IMG/VR virus record: IMGVR_UViG_3300010998_000021 | Span: 32,001 to 96,000 of that record | DNA length: 64,000 bases | DNA from: a virus | Taxonomy: Duplodnaviria; Caudoviricetes | Strand: one strand, 5' to 3' | Shown here: positions 60,336-64,000 of the stretch, piece by piece | How positions within the stretch are numbered: position 1 is the first letter of the stretch | Layout: each line of letters opens with the position of its first letter | Made by a program: the position numbers and the translations under genes | The notes under the pieces: model-generated | What the model saw: the letters and a program-made list of their open reading frames with translations, nothing else | Told to the model about the DNA's origin: nothing | Database searches by the model: none

Positions 60336-60529
60336 GTCCAGCAAATTGGTTGAAGAGGCGGTCGAATGATCGCCTTTTCTTTTTGGCGCAAACACATTTA
60401 GTTTTTGAAAATTAGAAAAATCTGTATGAACGACACAGAAAAATGCAATTTTGAAAAACATTATATTATCGCCGATCGCTGCGCAGAAAAATCCAATATT
60501 AAAAAATAATAAATCACGCAAAATAATGC

Positions 60530-60582
60530 TTGCAATATATAAGTTTATATGCTATAGTATAACCATAGTAAATCACATACAG
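60530..60582 (+). promoter_or_regulatory. Early promoter P13 + operator
   Basis: TTGCAA-17-TATAGT; GTAAATCACATAC at 60568. Confidence 0.75.
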
Positions 60583-60600
60583 CCACAGGAGGAAAAATCA

Positions 60601-60993
60601 ATGAAGATCATGAGCGACATTCCAGAAATTCCCATGATGATTACTACAGATTACAAGACGTTTAAGATCGGTGACAGAGTGCGCGTTCAGTTCGTGGCAA
60701 AGAAGTATCCTGAATATCCGTATAGTGGAGGCGGCGTTATCGGTCACATTAAATCTATCAATCACAACAGCTTTGTTATTGATTATGTTTTAGATACAAA
60801 GGTTATTGAGTTTGATGACATTTATATCATTAAGAAGGTCGATGATGCGGAAACTTTCGATACTGTTCCAAACATTAACGATGAAGAGCGCGAGTTCTGG
60901 CGTACACATTGGATCACGAAAGATGGCATCAAGAAAAAGACAGCGGAAGATTTAAAGATGCTCGAAGAGTTCAATAAAGAATGGAAGAAATAA
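60601..60993 (+). CDS. Hypothetical early protein
   Basis: AGGAGG RBS. Confidence 0.7.
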   Translation: MKIMSDIPEIPMMITTDYKTFKIGDRVRVQFVAKKYPEYPYSGGGVIGHIKSINHNSFVIDYVLDTKVIEFDDIYIIKKVDDAETFDTVPNINDEEREFWRTHWITKDGIKKKTAEDLKMLEEFNKEWKK

Positions 60994-61006
60994 TACAAAA
61001 TAATTG

Positions 61007-61061
61007 TTGACAAGATATAAGTTTTGAGTTAGAATGTTATCAACAAGTAAATCAGAGACAC
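61007..61061 (+). promoter_or_regulatory. Early promoter P14 + operator
   Basis: TTGACA-17-TAGAAT; GTAAATCAGAGAC at 61047. Confidence 0.75.
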
Positions 61062-61076
61062 GAAAGGAGAACGGAA

Positions 61077-61358
61077 ATGACAGAGCAGGAAGTAAGAGCG
61101 AATTGGGACGAGGCTTTAACCAGATGGGAGAACGGAGAATTTGCGCTGAGCAGCGTTATTGGATGGGGCTTTTATCCGCAGGATTTAATCGTGCTGTGCT
61201 GTATGCATGAAGCAGGAATGCATCAGGAGTCAATCGTTGATCTGTTGGAATATTGCAATTTCCATACGGAGTGTGGACTGATTGATGATGGAAAGTATGA
61301 CGAATGCAGAAAGGTTATCTTTGACGACATGAAAGGCGAAAGCATTCCATTGTTCTAA
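61077..61358 (+). CDS. Acidic hypothetical protein
   Basis: AAGGAG RBS; LLEYCNFHTE motif. Confidence 0.7.
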   Translation: MTEQEVRANWDEALTRWENGEFALSSVIGWGFYPQDLIVLCCMHEAGMHQESIVDLLEYCNFHTECGLIDDGKYDECRKVIFDDMKGESIPLF

Positions 61359-61394
61359 CATATAAATAATACAAAATAATAAGGAAAGGAATTA

Positions 61395-61940
61395 ATGAAT
61401 AATGCGAGAGATGAATTAGGAAGAATTGCCAAACAGTATAATAAATACGATCTGTCAGGTGAATACGGTATTGGATGGACAAACAAGGGCGAAGAATTTT
61501 GGTTTGACAAAGAAGATTATGATAAAATCAAAAATTATTGTTGGCATTTTAATAGATGGGGACATTTAATATCAACCGAAAGAGGCAGCAATAAGAGAGT
61601 ATTTTTACATAGACTTGTAATGCAACCAATACCAGATGGGTTAGTTGTCGATCATAAAAACCATCCAAAAGGAAGAGAAAATAAAATAGACAACAGAAAA
61701 CAAAACCTTGAAATAAAAACAACGCAACAAAATTGCATGAACATACATAATCATAAAAATAATAAGAGTGGATGTTCTGGTGTTACTGAAAGAAACGGCA
61801 AGTGGATTGCGCGAATAGGTTATATGAACAAACGATATAGTCTTGGAACTTACGATAAATTAGAAGATGCTATTAAGGCAAGAAAAGAAGCGGAAAAATT
61901 GTATTATGGACGATATAGTTTTGATAGCTGTAATAAATAA
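61395..61940 (+). CDS. HNH endonuclease with AP2 domain
   Basis: LHRLVM..VDH.N..DNRKQNL..N; WIARI..LG...A..AR..AE. Confidence 0.85.
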   Translation: MNNARDELGRIAKQYNKYDLSGEYGIGWTNKGEEFWFDKEDYDKIKNYCWHFNRWGHLISTERGSNKRVFLHRLVMQPIPDGLVVDHKNHPKGRENKIDNRKQNLEIKTTQQNCMNIHNHKNNKSGCSGVTERNGKWIARIGYMNKRYSLGTYDKLEDAIKARKEAEKLYYGRYSFDSCNK

Positions 61941-61953
61941 AACAAAATAACGC

Positions 61954-62008
61954 TTGACAATGATTTAAGTATAGTATATCATGTACTTAGGCAGTAAACA
62001 GAATACAT
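61954..62008 (+). promoter_or_regulatory. Early promoter P15 + operator
   Basis: TTGACA-17-TATCAT; GTAAACAGAATAC at 61994. Confidence 0.75.
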
Positions 62009-62028
62009 ATAACAAGGAGGAAAATAAT

Positions 62029-63018
62029 ATGCCAGCAAATGTAGAAACAATGTTTAGTGGAAACGGTATTCTTCCGTGGCACGAATGCGGAACAGTTATT
62101 CAGGGGACAGCATCAAGCGCAGAAGCTATTAAACTTGCAGGACTTGATTGGGATGTTATTCCAAAACCGATTTATGATGAATTTGGTCGGGAGCTTCCGG
62201 GGTACAAAGTGAATATGAGATCAAGTGATAACACGGCGCTTGGCATTGTAACTGATCGTTATCGCATTGTTCAGAACAGTGAAGCGTTCGCTTTTACCGA
62301 TGCTCTTCTTGGTGAAGGGGTAAGGTATGAAACCGCTGGAAGTCTTGCATCTGGCAAAAGAGTATGGATGCTTGCGAGAATGGAAAACACTTTGCTCGCT
62401 GAAGAAAATATTGATCCATATCTTGTATTTACCAATAGTCATGATGGCACAGGCGCTATTCGTGTGGCTCTCGTTCCCATACGCGTAGTGTGTAGTAATA
62501 CTTTAAATCTTGCACTTCATCAGGCGAGTCGGCATTGGTCTTGTGTACATAAGGGAGACATTCAGAGCAAGCTCGAAGAAGCAAGGTTTACACTTTCAAG
62601 CGCGGAACGCTATATGGAGGCGCTTGAGGAAGAATTTGGCGAACTGAAGCTCAAGAAAGTCACTGAAGCACAGGTTAGAAATATGACGGAAAAACTTCTT
62701 GAGATCGAGTTCAATAACCTGTTTAACAAGGCGCTGAAAACTGGAAACGTTATTGACTTCAAAGAGCGTTTACGTCAGCAGAAATATGAGGACAAGCTGA
62801 ACACGAAGCGCAATGATATCCTCACAATTTATCATGACAAGCCAGACCTTGTAGGAACTGAGTATAGCGCATTCCGCTTTATCAATGCAGTCAGTGACTA
62901 TGCAACACATACAACAGACCATAAACAGACAAAGAACTATCAGGAAAATCTGTTTATGAAAACTATTGACGGTAATGGACTTATTGATACAGCTTATCAG
63001 CTTGCGCTTGCAGCGTAA
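62029..63018 (+). CDS. DUF932 family phage/plasmid protein
   Basis: PWH..G, LAGLDW.V, VQN.EAF.F, ETAGSL, NSHDG, RVVCSNTL. Confidence 0.88.
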   Translation: MPANVETMFSGNGILPWHECGTVIQGTASSAEAIKLAGLDWDVIPKPIYDEFGRELPGYKVNMRSSDNTALGIVTDRYRIVQNSEAFAFTDALLGEGVRYETAGSLASGKRVWMLARMENTLLAEENIDPYLVFTNSHDGTGAIRVALVPIRVVCSNTLNLALHQASRHWSCVHKGDIQSKLEEARFTLSSAERYMEALEEEFGELKLKKVTEAQVRNMTEKLLEIEFNNLFNKALKTGNVIDFKERLRQQKYEDKLNTKRNDILTIYHDKPDLVGTEYSAFRFINAVSDYATHTTDHKQTKNYQENLFMKTIDGNGLIDTAYQLALAA

Positions 63019-63069
63019 TCAGAGAAAGATAGGGCGGTCACAGGATCGCCCTATTTATGAGGATTAAAT

Positions 63070-63423
63070 ATGAGATATAGTAAAAATTTAAAAAGTGGTG
63101 ACATAGTTGTTTTTAATATCATGAGCAACATATACAACAGGAAAATTCCTATTGACGGAATTGTAACATGCGTTTGTGAAGAAATTGAGATAGTACATGT
63201 TATGTATCAATACGGTTATTCGCGCGAACATGATGCCGTTAATTTTGCGGATATGTTAGCAGTACATAATCCAGAAGGTGAATGGATGCAATTTGATAAT
63301 ATAAGTGGAAATAGTGAACTGTTAGAAGGTGGCAGAAAGTACGCCGAGCGATTAGGTGAAAAGTGGAATAATAAATTTAGCAGTTCAACATTTCCGCTAT
63401 ATCATAAGAATGAATATCTTTAA
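63070..63423 (+). CDS. Hypothetical early protein
   Basis: GAGGA RBS. Confidence 0.6.
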   Translation: MRYSKNLKSGDIVVFNIMSNIYNRKIPIDGIVTCVCEEIEIVHVMYQYGYSREHDAVNFADMLAVHNPEGEWMQFDNISGNSELLEGGRKYAERLGEKWNNKFSSSTFPLYHKNEYL

Positions 63424-63439
63424 TAATAGAGGTGAGTTA

Positions 63440-63739
63440 ATGACGTTACGCGAAATGATAAAACAGGTTTATTATTTATCTGTCAATGGAAATTTTAATC
63501 ATGAATCTGGTTGGAGTCTTTCAAAGTTTAAACGCTACCTTGCAGAAAAATTCAAAGATGATAATAGGGAAACCGTTATTATGGAGATTGAATTGCCGGA
63601 TGGTTGGTGGTTTATGGAAATTAAGAGAATGAAAATCAACAGTTACCATTGGGATTGTTGGGATTATTACATTCCAGAATCAAGAGAAGATAATGATCGT
63701 TTAAGAAATATACTGTTGAATATATCAAGGGGCGCATGA
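63440..63739 (+). CDS. Hypothetical early protein
   Basis: GAGGTG RBS; terminator follows. Confidence 0.6.
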   Translation: MTLREMIKQVYYLSVNGNFNHESGWSLSKFKRYLAEKFKDDNRETVIMEIELPDGWWFMEIKRMKINSYHWDCWDYYIPESREDNDRLRNILLNISRGA

Positions 63740-63939
63740 CGCTCCTTGTTTTGTGGTTTTGTTTTTGAAAACGGCTAAAAGTTGTGTAAGTTATGTGATA
63801 TATGGTAGTTTTTGAAAACTTTGGGAAATTGCCAATAAAATACGTGTTTTATTGTAAAATCACAGTAAGAAAAGATACAATAATTGCATGTTTTTAAAAA
63901 CAGCAAAATAAGAAACTATTAAATACTACAAAATAATTG

Positions 63940-63986
63940 TTGACATAGAATAAGACACATGATAATATATAGTAAATCAAATACAA
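63940..63986 (+). promoter_or_regulatory. Early promoter P16 + operator
   Basis: TTGACA-17-TAATAT; GTAAATCAAATAC at 63972. Confidence 0.75.
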
Positions 63987-64000
63987 ACAAATAATAGGGA

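Noticed and set aside
47881-63900. CRISPR array or integron interpretation of the spacer repeats
   Set aside because: The repeats are 12 bp, degenerate and unevenly spaced; there are no cas genes, attC-like structures or integron integrase.

Overview
A 64-kb, low-GC segment of a large Firmicutes siphophage with SPbeta/c-st-like organisation; a Clostridiales/Lachnospiraceae-type host is inferred. Minus strand (1-45.7 kb): a YonO-like single-subunit RNA polymerase with an apparent ATA start, then an accessory block (coiled-coil protein plus a ~445-nt structured RNA, four tRNA genes, beta-CASP RNase, ClpP, phosphoesterase, HU), a multi-domain lysin, terminase, portal, protease/scaffold, capsid, neck and tail genes, RecU, a tyrosine recombinase and a >2200-aa tape measure gene. 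The virion genes carry five group I introns: three in the tape measure gene, one ORF-less in the major tail gene and one in codon 2 of a head gene. Two related introns appear to splice at a non-canonical C:G pair instead of U.G. The window holds nine endonuclease genes. A non-coding strand-switch region (45.7-47.4 kb) has iteron-like repeats, phased DnaA boxes and an A-poor repeat tract. Plus strand (47.4-64 kb): about 16 sigmaA-promoter cassettes sharing an upstream motif and a GTA-N7-TAC operator, many separated by ~30-bp-phased arrays of a TTTT-NN-AAAA palindrome. They carry small anti-defence-like genes (SAM lyase-like, ArdC-like, DUF2786, DUF3560, DUF932). All calls come from reading motifs by eye; no database search was run.
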